From NCBI RefSeq assembly GCF_006345805.1, contig NC_043015.1, forward strand, positions 51,646,001 through 51,710,000: DNA of 64,000 bases, read 5' to 3'. How positions within the stretch are numbered: position 1 is the stretch's first letter; each line of letters begins with the position of its first letter. Source of the stretch: Octopus sinensis (Eukaryota). The notes under the pieces are model-generated. The model ran no database searches, was not told the origin of the DNA, and was given only the letters and a program-made list of their open reading frames with translations. The position numbers and the translations under genes were made by a program. Below are positions 27,972 to 42,062 of this stretch, one piece after another.

Positions 27972-28011
<40 letters not shown>
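27614..28011. repeat. (GAT)n/(GGT)n microsatellite
   Basis: Directly visible; source of the poly-M and poly-H pseudo-ORFs. Confidence 0.95.
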
Positions 28012-28149
28012 TAGTATATCGAAATATTTGCTCCGTAATTTTCTGTCAGACAAAATATGTTTTGTCGAACTCACGATTACGGATGAAGGATTCCAGTCTA
28101 ATTTACAGCACGCTGCTTCTTTTGCAACTCGTCACATCCTGAAATAATC

Positions 28150-28560
28150 TTTTTGTTCTTTCTTTCTTGTATTTGCTTCAGTCCTATGATTGTGGCCATG
28201 CTGGAACATCGCCTTCAGTCGAACAAATCGACCCCAGAACTTATTCTTTGTTTGTAAGCCTAGTACTTTTCCTATCGGTCTCTTTTGCCCAACCGCTAAG
28301 TTACGGTGACGTATACATACTAACAAACATTGTTTGTCAAACGATAGAGGGGACAAACACAGACGCACAATCATGTACACACACACACACACAAATTTAT
28401 ACGTCGGGATACTTTTAATTTCTGTCTACCAAATCCACCCACAAGTCGTTGGTCGTCCCGTGGTTATAGTAGAATACACTTGCACAAGGTGCCTCGCGGT
28501 ATTACTGAACCCGGAACCATGTGATTGATAAGCAAGCTACTTACCACACAGCCACTCCTG
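28150..28560 (-). mobile_element. SINE family C, full length
   Basis: Reverse complement collinear with 23637-24170. Confidence 0.85.
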
Positions 28561-28621
28561 AAACCTGACAATCTACTTTGAGTTTTGCTCCAATATGAAA
28601 AAAAGAAAAAAGCAATGTTTC

Positions 28622-28862
28622 TTTCTCGAACCATGCAAGGCTCATGAGGGCCGGTTTCCCGGTTTCATGACGTATAAACTCCCCATTTGGCCGGGACGCC
28701 AATCCGTCACAGTTTTACGAATTTTTGCCAGCTGAGTGGACTGGAGCAACAGGAAATGAAGTGTTTTGCTCAAGAACACCACGCATCGCCCGGTCCAGTA
28801 ACTGAAATGACAATCTCGCGATCTTGAGTCCAATACCGTAACCACTACTCCACGGTCCTCCA
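28622..28862 (-). mobile_element. SINE family B (CORE-like body, OR2-like)
   Basis: Minus strand CTTGAGCAAAACACTTCATTTCCTGTTGCTCCAGTCCACTCAGCTGGCAAAAAT; tail as in 31633. Confidence 0.8.
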
Positions 28863-29073
28863 CTTTGCCCCAATCTAGATTGTTAAAACAATCGTGCACA
28901 ATGTAGACCACGGTGAAATTTAGAACATGCTGTCAAATATTGATATATAACAAACAATGCTGTCAGTTCTATGAAGCGTATTGAATTGCTTACAGGATAT
29001 TCTTTACACCAAATGAAATATATTTTATATAAATTTCCAATTCTTAAACACACGGACACACACATACACGCAC

Positions 29074-29210
29074 ATCGAGCAAATCGACCCCAGGACTTAT
29101 TCTCTGTAAGCCTAGTACTTATTCTATCGGTCTCTCTTGCCGAACCGCTATGATATGGGAACGTAAACACACCAGCATCGGTTGTCAAGCGATGTTGGGA
29201 CACACACACG
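29074..29210 (-). mobile_element. SINE family C internal fragment
   Basis: CAAATCGACCCCAGGACTTATTC...GTTGTCAAGCGATGTTGGG. Confidence 0.8.
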
Positions 29211-29319
29211 CACAAGAGTACATACACACACACACATGTAAGTATGTGCATGCTCACACACACTTGTAGGTATGGACACGCTCACACGCACACATGTATA
29301 GGCAACTATATATATATAT

Positions 29320-29622
29320 ATGGCCCAGTGGTTAGGGCAGCGGACTTGCGGTTGTAGGATCGCGGTTTCGATTCCCAGACCGGGCGTTGTGAGTGTTTAT
29401 TGAGCGAAAACACCTAAAGCTCCACGAGGCTCCAGCAGGGGGTGGTGGCGATCCCTGCTATACTCTTTCGCCACAACTTTCTCTCACTCTTTCTTCTGTT
29501 GGCCTGCTCACTTAGCCAGCGGGGTGGCGTCATTTGAAGGCTAAAACAATGCGAAGCGCATTGTGACCAGCGATGTGCAGCGACATCTGATAGCCTGGTC
29601 GGTCACGGTGATCACAGTGATA
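29320..29622 (+). mobile_element. SINE family A with GAAGGCTAAAACAATGCG-type tail
   Basis: Head nearly identical to 24557; 3' part diverges after CTCTCACTCTT. Confidence 0.85.
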
Positions 29623-29927
29623 TATATATATCCATATACATATGTGTACATAGGGAGAGAGGAGGAAGGGAAGAGAGAGAGAGGGAGAGAGAGAGAGAGA
29701 TTGAAGGATAGAAAGTTGAAACTTCGAAGTCACTGTCAACCATTTTTCTTTTGCAAAGTTTAATAAATATATACTCTGCTAAAAGTATTGAGTAATTCTT
29801 TAGCTCGTTAGATAATTATAATAGCTCGACACAAAACAGACGTTGATACATACACACAAGTGCACACACACGCGTCCACACAAACAAAGACACATATACA
29901 TACAAACACCCACATAGACACACTAGC

Positions 29928-29958
<31 letters not shown>

Positions 29959-30269
29959 ACGATATATATATGTACAACGACGGAGGTCAAACGTCAAACA
30001 TTAAGAGAGAAAAAATGAGAAGAATTTTGAATTGATGCAAAGAGAAAATTCAGTGGAGAAAGTGAGATGTGAGAAAGCTTAACACAGTATCGTTGTATGA
30101 ACGGAGATTGAGTAGATTAGGAGAATAAACGTACGTTTGTGAAATTGCAAAAGAAAACATGGCGATTGTATAAAAGGGAGAAAATATTTTGTTTGTAGCT
30201 TACCTGCTTTCTGCTGTTGCCGACGATTTCACAGAGAATAATAGAAATTAATAACAACATTATAAAATT

Positions 30270-30324
30270 GTTAATAACAATAATAATAATAAATAATAAT
30301 AATATAATAATAATAATAATAATA

Positions 30325-30359
<35 letters not shown>

Positions 30360-30471
30360 AATATAATAATAATAATAATAATAATATAATAATAATAATA
30401 ATGATGATGATGATAATAATAATAATAAAAATAATGATGATGATGATGATGATGATGATGATATAATAATA

Positions 30472-30506
<35 letters not shown>

Positions 30507-30541
30507 TATAATAATAATAATATAATAATAATAATAATAAT

Positions 30542-30573
<32 letters not shown>

Positions 30574-30670
30574 TAATAATAATAATATAATAATAATAAT
30601 AATAATAAAAATAATGATGATGATGATAATAATAATAATAAAAATAATGATGATGATGATGATGATGATG

Positions 30671-30721
<51 letters not shown>
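30270..30721. repeat. (AAT)n/(GAT)n microsatellite
   Basis: Directly visible. Confidence 0.95.
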
Positions 30722-31632
30722 TTAGTGATAACCTATTTATTCACCATTCGTTCTCTTTCTCTTAATCTCTTCCAGGTAAAGAGGGCAGAGAAAGATTTTC
30801 GTAATCTCACAAATCAATTAAGTTGTGTCATTGAACGCTGCTAAAATACACGTAAAGAAAGCTTGGCTGCGGAGGTGCTTCTAAGCCAGCAAAGAGCGAC
30901 ACAAAGGGAGAGAAAACTGTAAAATGAACAACCTTGGGATAAGCTTAGGGAAAGCATTCTTTAGCATTACTGAATAGTTGCTATTTTAAAACGATTTACC
31001 TTAATGCGCCAGCTTAAATTCCCCCTAAGTAAAGATATTTACATCAACCCACCTATCTTTATTCATAAACTGTTTTTAGATTTCATTGTCTTTCTCTAAG
31101 ATTTCATTTCATTTTATTCCATTTTATATTATTTTTGTCTGGATGGAAAGTTTTTCTGCGAGGCGCTTTAACCGAAGCGCTTTTGTAAAGAAAACAATAG
31201 CACGAGTTAATGGAAACAACATTTGGAATTGGTAATGCCAAAGCTTTGTATGGAATAATAATTGTGTTATTTCTTGAAGCGATGGTGAAATAACGGCGAG
31301 AAATATGACATCCCTCTCCACTCAAAACACACCAAACCGAGCCAACGCAACCCACCTTATTCTGCTTTACGAAGACCGATTTCTTTTCTGGTCTTTAAGG
31401 GTTTTTGTTTCCCCCTAAACAATTTCATCTACATTCATATACAATACCTCGTCAAAATAGCAAGTAGAAAATCTAACAAGAGAAGATATAACATAAGATA
31501 AGGCAACGATGATGACATTTATTTATTTTCGCTGAGAACAAAGCAGGCTCTTGGTCGATAATGAAGAATATTGCATGCAGGCTACGATAGAACAGAAATG
31601 TATGACATTTTTATGACTCTAAAATATGTCGT

Positions 31633-31882
31633 GGAGGCACGTGTATTAGTGGTTAGGGTGTTGAACTCATGATCGTATGGTTGTGGTTTCGATTCCTGGA
31701 CCGGACGATGCGTTGTGTTCTTGAGCAAAACACTTCATTTTCACGTTCCTCCAGTCCACTCAGCTGGCAAAAATGAGTAATCCTGCGGCGGACCGGCGTC
31801 CCGCCCAGGTGGGGAATTGCTACGCCAATGAAACCGGGGAAACCGGCCCTTATAAGCCTAGCATGGCTCGAGAAGGAACATT
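31633..31882 (+). mobile_element. SINE family B with GGCGTCCCG-type tail
   Basis: GGAGGCACGTG..TAGTGGTTAGGGTGTTG head, GGTTTCGATTCC box B, CORE-like body. Confidence 0.85.
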
Positions 31883-32475
31883 TTTTTTTTATGTCGTAAC
31901 AAGCAACGAAGGAGCTATCATGCGGTTACTCTATTTGGTAGAAATAGCAGCCAAATCATTCTCAAATTACATTCCTTCATAAAAGTGGAAGGGTCTGGTT
32001 TTGGATATATTGATCCCGAATTTAAGTATCTCTGATTAAATCCACACAAGTTCAAGGTCATAGCTGCATTAACTTTAATCATAGCCCTTATGAATCAGAG
32101 ATGATGGAGAGCTACATAACAATGATAGGGGAGTACAGATAATTTCTTTTAAGAAATTCATTGAGTTCGATTACTATGTCGGTCGATTTCATTTTAATTC
32201 TGGAGTCCACTTACGCACACACGCAGGCACACACACACACACACACACACATACACACACACATAATTATTAAAGTGCAATTCATCCGTAGAATATATGC
32301 GTGAGTGCGTGTATGTAAATGTATAATATATAAATATATAAACATGTATATATGCAAGCAATATCTATATTTTAATATCTATATATACACAGATATATAC
32401 ATATGTGAATATATACATACATACACACAAATACAAACACACAGATGTGTGTGTGTATTGTAATAATGATAATTA

Positions 32476-33310
32476 ATGGATGAAATTTATAAATATTTTA
32501 ATGAATCGCAATGCGCGTTTCCACAAATCACATATGTCTTACCATCATAGTCCTCGTTCCTGGGATGATTACAGTACAATCCGTTGTATCGATGAACAAC
32601 GGATGGATCATAGTTCATACTTACTTACTTGTACTTTTGACGGCGTTCACCCAGGGCGGGTTAAGCCGGCTTCTTCTCTGGTCCTGACGGCATCACGAAC
32701 CATGGCGGCCCATGCTCGACGGTCCTGTGCGAGATCACTGGACATAGCGAGCCATTCGTGGTTCCATCTGGAATTCATAGAAGAAGTTTCGTGGGAATAT
32801 TGAATTCACAAGCGGTCCCCGATATCTCGCATGCATATCTCGAGTGTCAGGACGCACTGTTTGCCGCGGAGTCTCCACAGATGCAGGGACAGAACGACCT
32901 CGAAGCTGCCGGTTGCCGATCAGACGCCTCTTGGAATTGGTGCCAGACCAATCCGCCTTGGGTTGCCATACCAGGAACCGAAGTCTCCGACGGCATAGCT
33001 CTGACACTGCCCGTTTACACCACCCTACCATTTTGAGGAGGGGTTCATACATTCATTTCATCAGGTAATACAGCATTAAAGCTGGAAGTAACGAATGTAT
33101 ACCTGAAAGATGTTTATCAATTCGTTGATTTCAACTTCAATGCTATATTGCCTGATGAAAAGCACGCATGGACTAAGATCCACCCTATGTCCATGGATAC
33201 TACAGATTGTACTGTAATCAACTGAGAAATGCGGAATATGATCGAAAGAAAGACACAATTTGCGGAAACGCGCGTAGCGATTCATTAAAATATTTATAAA
33301 TTCCACCCAT
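32476..33310. mobile_element. Palindromic element of two head-to-head units, each with CTGATGA...GAAACGCGC (Penelope pLTR-like), interrupted by an RTE insertion
   Basis: Left arm 32476-32620 plus 33051-33075 and right arm ~33136-33310 are diverged inverted homologues. Confidence 0.65.
32621..33042 (-). mobile_element. 5'-truncated RTE-clade LINE 3' end
   Basis: Frameshifted C-terminal motifs RRRLRF and DLAQDRRAWAA..VRDAV; (AAGT)n tail; 8-bp TSD GTTCATAC at 32613-32620 and 33043-33050. Confidence 0.8.
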
Positions 33311-33322
33311 GGATTGTCGTTG

Positions 33323-33396
<74 letters not shown>

Positions 33397-33538
33397 CCTA
33401 CATTATATTGGCACAGCTCGGTCCAACGGCATAAAACTGAAATTATAATTTGGTACTATTAGTCTGTTGCCGACACAATAAAATAGTTTTTAAATCCGTA
33501 ATGGAAAACGTTTCCAGAAAACGGAACTTGAAGGATCT

Positions 33539-33649
<111 letters not shown>

Positions 33650-33667
33650 TAGATATAGATATAGATA

Positions 33668-33890
33668 TTCCTTTATTTGTTTCAGTCATTTGATAGTAGC
33701 CATGCTGGAGCACCACCTTTAGTCGAACAAATCGACCCCAGGCCTTATCAATCAGGCCTTTGTAAGCCTAGTACTCATTCTATCGGCCTCTGTTGTCGAA
33801 CCGCTACTTACGGGGACGTAAACACACATCGAGTGTCAAGCGGCGGGGGGGGGGGGCAAACACATGCAAACATACACAGACACACACACA

Positions 33891-33931
<41 letters not shown>

Positions 33932-34085
33932 GACAAGCTTCTTTCAGTTTCCGTCTACCAAATCCATTCGCAAAGCTTTGGTCGGCCCGAGGCTATAGTA
34001 GAAGACCCTTGCCCAAGTTGCCACGCATAGAGACTGAAGCCGGAACCATGTTGTTAGTAAGCAGGCTGCTTACCAAACAGCCACT
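33668..34085 (-). mobile_element. SINE family C, full length
   Basis: Reverse complement collinear with 23637-24170. Confidence 0.85.
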
Positions 34086-34104
34086 ATATATATATATATA
34101 TATA

Positions 34105-34230
34105 TATTTCCTTCTTTATGTTTCCGACGAAGAGCTCCGCTCGAAACGTCATACCTCCCTGCTTCCATTTCCTGAGCGCCTATTAATAATAATACTGTAA
34201 TTGTTCCATTGTTGTTGTTTTTTTGTTTCC
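34105..34230 (+). mobile_element. Penelope-like terminal fragment with degenerate hammerhead (34120-34154)
   Basis: GUUU-CCGACGA-A-GAGC-UCC-GCUC-GAAAC-GUC-AUAC; same architecture as 54623. Confidence 0.55.
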
Positions 34231-34240
34231 CGTTTGGATT

Positions 34241-34294
<54 letters not shown>

Positions 34295-35429
34295 TTATTA
34301 TTTGAAATTCTACGGATTTTTTTTTTTTTGCTTCTAAATTGTTAGAATTTGAACTAGTCTAAACACTGATGTCGAGATAGTTAATCGTCTCTGTCCATTG
34401 AAAGTAAATAACTTTGGACCAATCTTAGAAACGCACAGCATTTTTCTTTTAACTGTAGAATAACTCGCAAAACTCCATGCCTTTGCGAGTCAAATTTCTT
34501 TATATTCCAAGTTCGGTCTCCACGGAGGCCAACGTTGGGTTTCACCAACCCAAGGATGGGTTACCAACATAAATAGAAACTCTACAGGGAAGTGGATCAC
34601 TGAGTAAGCTCTCACCACGTGAGAGTGTATAACCTTGTACTTAAGTTCGAAAAAGCATTTTTTTTATCGGACATTATAACTATTTCTATACATACTCTGT
34701 ACATCTAAATTTAAAAGCATTTTTTTTTTCCACTTTATTCTAGCTTATTGTTTACTTTGTTTCTTTGGAGTGATTCACTGGCGTTAAAAGATTTATGTGA
34801 GTGAGGTGAATAAGGCTTAATTCATTAAATATCTGGATGTAGAAGTAGAAAATACAGGATCAATGTCTATATATTTTTAGAGTTCACTGGGGGAAGTGGC
34901 GATTGAATAGATGTCTGTATGACTCAGACATAGAATAAATTAGCAAAGAAGATCCTCGGCTATAACAACACACCTAACCAGTTATCGGTTTGCTTTATTT
35001 GTATAGAAAGAATTGCGTGATAAAACAGTATAAAAAGGTTTGTTTATTTTTACTTTCGCAACATCGATATCTGTCCGCCATTTTAACTTGTTAAAAGATG
35101 CGAACACGATGAATAGAAAACGTTTATAATAATATTATTTAATGAAGGAAAAAAAATCAGCCGGTGGCACCAACGTAGGGAATGAATCGATGAATGAGTA
35201 GATCCAAAGAACACGTGGTCAATCGACCAGCCTTGAAATAGCTGCGAAATAACTCATCACTCTAAAAAAAAAAAACTCCAGCTTTTAGATAAACCAAGGA
35301 TGTATTGTATAGGCAATAACGGGGTCTTGACATTTTAGTAAAGTGACTAACCATTTGTATCGAGTAAAGCGAAGACTTTCGATTAAATATCGGTAGGCAG
35401 AGACTGTGCAGAAGCCTATCCGATGGATT

Positions 35430-35612
35430 GTACTTGTAATTTAAAGGTGCATCCTTCTCACAGACTGTATCACGCTGATTCAGTCAGAAAATTACGCTAA
35501 GAGTAAACTTGTTCCTGGATGATCAGCCCGGAGAATATGTACCCTTGCACAACAATTCAATGAGCAGTTCATTTACTTGATCGAACAACTGAATTCTCAT
35601 CGTCGAAACCGA
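35430..35612 (+). mobile_element. Old SINE A/B-type 3' part
   Basis: Diverged TATCACGCTGA...TTGATCGAACAACTGAATTCTCATCGTCG.AACCGAC. Confidence 0.55.
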
Positions 35613-35625
35613 CAATATTCCGCTC

Positions 35626-35812
35626 CAATTTTCTCTCACTCTTTCTTCCTGTTTCTTGTCCCCGACTTCCTACGCAACCGCTGAGCCTGGGTGCGCATTC
35701 ATCCATCCGTCGATGCTCGCGGTGTCGGGGTTTGACCTGCTTTCTCTTCTGCGGGTCTTACGAATAGCAAAGGTCCACGTTTCGGACTCAACAAACAAAC
35801 AAACAAGCAAGC
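35626..35812 (+). mobile_element. 5'-truncated SINE family A with a fourth tail type and (AAAC)n end
   Basis: Starts in the shared CAA.TTTCTCTCACTCTTTCTTCCTGTTTCT segment, then a unique tail. Confidence 0.6.
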
Positions 35813-35994
35813 AGTAACAACATGTGATACAGTCGCAGAAGACGCAGAGTACCACAATAAATGCTTAGTAGTAATACTAGTTTGTGACTCTCTACGTCTT
35901 AAAACTCTACAAGAATTCCATTCCTACCAATGATTTTTGTAGAATTACCAGACGGAACCAGTAACTTTGACTAGAATTTTAATGCTACGAACAA

Positions 35995-36100
35995 TGGAAA
36001 GATCAAAGGTAATGACAACCTCATCGGGATTTGAACTCAGCACGTTGAATGCCGAAACCTAAATATCACAAAGAATTTTGTCCGATACTGTAACGAATCT
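35995..36100 (-). mobile_element. Old SINE family D head fragment
   Basis: GGGATTTGAACTCAG..ACGT (reverse box B) in family D context. Confidence 0.55.
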
Positions 36101-36130
36101 TGAGTTCCGTTTCTGATCAGTCGTTCCATT

Positions 36131-36218
<88 letters not shown>

Positions 36219-36457
36219 TTTTTCTCGAAACACACAGTTATACACGCACAAATACACATATTCACTTTCTGTCATCTTTGATCTTTTCTTCATTGGCTCA
36301 CCATTTCCCGGTAGCTTCTCGGCGCCACCAGAACCGTATTAATATTATCGTTATAGTCACGAAATTGCATCTGACATTCTGGCCGATAACTGATGTGGAT
36401 TTGGTGATCTTCTGTGTCGGTTTTCCGTTTGCGTATATTTATGATGTTTTTAAAGCT

Positions 36458-36544
<87 letters not shown>

Positions 36545-37554
36545 GTATGTGTGTGTGTGTGTGTGTGTGTAACTGATGTATATATTCACACATATCCTAC
36601 AGTTAATAATTATGCATCTCTCGCTCTGCTCTGGTCCTCATTTTTATTTCTATATTTAATTAATCTCTCCACAGTTCCCTACAGAGTGATGGAATAAAAC
36701 AAGCGATAAAGTCAAGGGAAACGGAAATTGCACTGCGGTTTCAATCCCTGGATAGAAATATTTCCTGGCATAGAAAAGGCATGAAAGCCCAGCATTCTAT
36801 TTCCATTGTCCATAAATTGTTAAGTATCTCGTATAAATTTGTTTGTTGAAACGCATTTTGTAGTATTTTGGTGGGGTCATTATGCCAATAATTAACACAC
36901 GTGTTGACTCTATTTCACGTCTTTTATATTTGTGATTTGGTTAGACATTCAACCAATTAGCTAATCAATTGTCGGAATCATCGTTCAGTCAAGTAAACAA
37001 CTAGAACAAAGAAATTATAATGGTAAACACAAATCAAGCTGATTGTAAACTGACAGACCAGATTAGAAATTAAATTGGTCTACGCCAATAAAGATTATTA
37101 CTTTTTCACCGGTTAATCTGAACGCAAAATTGATCGAATAGACTATGACAAAAGGCGTTCTAGCCGTGACTATCCAAATTTTTTATATATTATAAGCTAT
37201 ATCATTGAAAGTGTCTTATATTTAGTAACTCGCTTGGATATGGTTTGGGGTTAGATTCAGCTGTACTTTCTAAAAGATTGATTAAGTACCTAAAAGCTGT
37301 TGTTGACTCGTTTAGAATTAGCTAAGTACCAGTAATGCATTCGTGTTTATTCAAACCAATATACGCCTACCTTACTCATATTTCGATCCATCTCGTTAAT
37401 ATATCTTGTTCTATGCATGTGCGCGCCAGTGTAGTATATGTGAACAATTATACATATAAATATGTATGTATGCAGACATGGATACATGCGTGCATGTTTG
37501 TATAAATGTATGTAAACCTTTCAATGCCGATTACCTCCTCCAATATCAAGGAGC

Positions 37555-37841
37555 CTCCGTCGGTTACGACGACGAGGAACCAGCTGATACGACCAACGGA
37601 AAAAGCTTGCGAGTGAAATTAACGTGCAAGTGGCTGAGCATTCCACAGACAAGTGTACCCTTAACGTAATTCTCAGGGAGATTCAGCGTGACACACAGTG
37701 TGACAAGGCTGGCCCTTTTGAAATACGGGTGCATCTCATTTTTGCCAGCTAAGTGGACTGGAGCAACGTGAAATAAAGTGTCTTGCACAAGGACACAACG
37801 CGTCGCCGGGAATTGAACTCACGACCTTACGGTCGTGAGCC
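37555..37841 (-). mobile_element. SINE family B
   Basis: Reverse complement collinear with 55798-56117. Confidence 0.9.
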
Positions 37842-38047
37842 TTACAATGTCGATTATAAAGCATATAAGTATACATGTTTGGATAAAATATTTTATTTTC
37901 TTTCTTGTGACTTACCTTTAACGCTACTCAGTCTTTCATATGCACTTATCTCTCTCTCTCTCTATCTATATATATATATATACACACACATACATATATA
38001 TACACACACATATATATATATATATATAATATATATACATATATACA

Positions 38048-38131
<84 letters not shown>

Positions 38132-38194
38132 ATATATTATATATATATATATACATATTTATACACATATACATATTTATATACATATATATAC

Positions 38195-38230
<36 letters not shown>

Positions 38231-38261
38231 AAATATATACATATATATATATTTATATACA

Positions 38262-38327
<66 letters not shown>

Positions 38328-38959
38328 TACAGAGGGAGAAAAGAGAGAGAGAGAGAGAGCGGGAAACCTATATATAACAGCGTTACGTATTTCAAGAATG
38401 ATATAACTATATACTATATATTATATTATCAATATTGCAAGTCACAGGTCACCACTTTTTTTTTTATTGCTATTCAACATAGTCATTCTGGAAATTCATT
38501 TATGTTACCGGATTCCACAACGGCAGCCAAGCAGACACGCCACAAAATCGCAATCAGTAGATTAAACCGTATTAGAAACAAATATCTTACCATGCCATAC
38601 CAGCCATTTTGTTTTTTTATATTTTTATGGTTTGTTTATTCTATATTGTATTTTGTTTATTATTTTGGGGTTGTTAAGTTAGTGTTGTGACTGTTTGTTT
38701 TTTTGTTGGTGTGTTTGTTTTTCTTATTGAGTTTTGTTTAGAATTTTAACTTTTTTCTTTATTTTCTTTTTATGTTTTATTTTATTTATGTATTTATTTA
38801 TTAGATTTTTTTTTTGGTTTCTTTAAAACTGCAAAGCCAATGGTTGTTTGCAATGAAATTAGTTCCAGTATTAATAAAGAAACACCGTGTGTATAGACAG
38901 GAAACGAGCGAAGAATGAGAGAGAGACGGGGGAGAGAAAGGGACAGAGTGTCACAGTGA

Positions 38960-39498
38960 CAGAGACAGACAGACAGAGATAGAGATATAGAGAGGGACAG
39001 AGACAGACACACAGAAAAACAGAAAGCGACAGAGACAGATAGACAGAGATAGAGATATAGAGAGGGACAGAGACAGACAGACAGAAAAACAGAAAGCGAC
39101 AGAGACAGATAGACAGCGATAGAGATATAGAGAGGGTCAGAGACAGACAGACAGACATAGAGATATAGAGAGGGACAGAGACAGACAGACAGAGATAGAG
39201 ATATAGAGAGGGACAGAGACAGACAGACAGAGATAAAGATATAGAGAGGGACAGAGACAGACAGACAGACAGACATAGAGATATAGAGAGGGACAGAGAC
39301 AGACAGACAGACATAGAGATATAGAGAGGGACAGAGACAGACAGACAGAGATAGAGATATAGAGAGGGACAGAGACAGACAGACAGAAAAACAGAAAACG
39401 ACAGAGACAGACATACAGAGATAGAGAGAGACAGAGAGACAGAGAGACAGAGAGAAAGACAGAGAGGACAGAGACAAACACACAGACACACAGACACG

Positions 39499-39542
<44 letters not shown>

Positions 39543-39590
39543 AAGACAGACAGACAAAAAGACAGACAGACAGGCGGTCACACAGATGCA
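38960..39590. repeat. Minisatellite built from GA/GACA motifs
   Basis: Core GATATAGAGAGGG(A/T)CAGAGACAGAC recurs 9 times between 38984 and ~39385. Confidence 0.85.
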
Positions 39591-39879
39591 TTAGAAGACA
39601 GAGAATAAGGAACACGTACAAGAAGACTGATTCAACAACCGAAAAGTTGGAAGTTTTAAACTTTTTTTCATTTTATTTTACAACTTTATTCCTATTTATT
39701 CATTTATATATTTTTTTTGAAACAGCAGTTGGAGAGGTGTGTAGGGGGAAATGTGAGGGGGAGATTAGAAATCCAGTCTTCTGGAATGATCTTTGGGTTA
39801 TAGAATCGGATCAATAAATAGACAATGATTTATGAATTCAAATCTAATCTTGGAGGAGCTATTTTATTCCTTTTTTTAC

Positions 39880-39959
<80 letters not shown>

Positions 39960-40129
39960 TTATTATTATCATTATTCTTAATACTTGTCTTCCCAATTAC
40001 TGGCGTTAAACATTGGTAAAAGATGAATAAAATATTCTTTATTTGTCGTTTGTTACAAAAATTATTATCAATAATTTTAACGTTCTTGCTGGGTTTTCTG
40101 AAGACGACGACGACGATGATGACGATGAA

Positions 40130-40164
<35 letters not shown>

Positions 40165-40379
40165 CGACGGCGAGGATGATGAGGATTTTGCTATTCTTCT
40201 ACGCATGCCTAATATCACTGTCATCATCCAAATTGTAATCAATATCACCATCGTCGTCATCAAACTCACACGCACACAAATACATACACTCACAGATACG
40301 TATATCTGAATTTATATATATATGTATATATATATATACATATGGAAAGCTATAACACTATAACATATATGTACATATG

Positions 40380-40455
<76 letters not shown>

Positions 40456-40458
40456 AAT

Positions 40459-40490
<32 letters not shown>

Positions 40491-40809
40491 GTTATATATG
40501 TACATATACATACATACTTATACTGGTAAACAAATAAGCAGACACATGCAAATATACAAATTCACATACGCATATATATACATATTTACGTAAAAAAAAA
40601 AAAAATATATATATATATATATATGCACATATATATGCATACATGCATATATACATATGCATATATATATAATATAGATATATGCGCATATGTGTGTATA
40701 CATGTGTGTATACATACACACACAAACACATATATATACCTATATGCATATATATATATATATGTATATATCATGTATGCATATATATATATGTATGTAT
40801 GTATATATG

Positions 40810-40845
<36 letters not shown>

Positions 40846-41901
40846 TGTATGCATGTATGTATGTATGCATGTATATGCATATATTCATGTGTATATACGT
40901 ATATAAAATACTGAGTAAAGAGGTAAACGAAAGCAGTCATATGGCCTATGTGCAGCGCACCTAAGTTAGCTATAATATCTGTCATTAAAGGAAGGACAAC
41001 GAAAGTAAGAAGACGAAGATGGAACAAAAATAAAAGTCACAAGCACCACAACAACACGAACATAATCAAACGGAACGATAATAATTCGATTCAACAGAAT
41101 GCACGGAGGAAAATGTACGCAAGTAACTCTATCAGCGTAACCGTTGCGTAATGAGTGATTGTAGTGTTGATGGTTGTGATGGTGATGGTAATGATGATGC
41201 TGAGGAGGAACAGGAGGAGGACCAGGAGGACGACAAGGACCACGACTACGACGGTGATGGTGATGATAAGGATGACGTGATGATAATGGCCATGCTCATC
41301 CTCTTATGTGCACCAGTATATATATATCCTCCCTTGTTTGTACATGTATATATATACATATTTAGATATATATATATACACATATATATGTGTGTATGTG
41401 TGTGTATACATGTATATGTATATATATATATATAATATATATATATATAGATATATATATATATATAAAATATATATTATATATATATATATATATTATA
41501 TATACATATGTATGTATATATATATATATATACGTATATATTATATATACATATGTATTATATATATACATATATATACTTATACACATATATATATTCA
41601 TATATATATAAATCTCTCTCTCTATATGCATGTATAAATACATACATATATATACATACATACACATATTTACATACATGCATACACAGACACATATGTA
41701 AATATATATGCACGTGTTTGCATTTGTGTGTAGAAATATAGTTGACTTTCGTTTTAGATATGAATATTATTATTTAGTTACAGAAATGTAATTATATGAT
41801 TATATATGCATAAAGTAGCATGCAATCGAAGACGTCCAACCGCACATGCACACAGAAAAGTGCATGCCAGCATCCATCTGCATATGTACTTATATATACA
41901 T

Positions 41902-41952
<51 letters not shown>

Positions 41953-42062
41953 GTGTGTGTGTGTATGCATGTATGTATATTAATACATGAAGATGCGAAT
42001 TTACGTATATTTGTCGATAAGCTAGGTCTTGTTCGTAAGTGAATATTTGTGATCCTATATTT

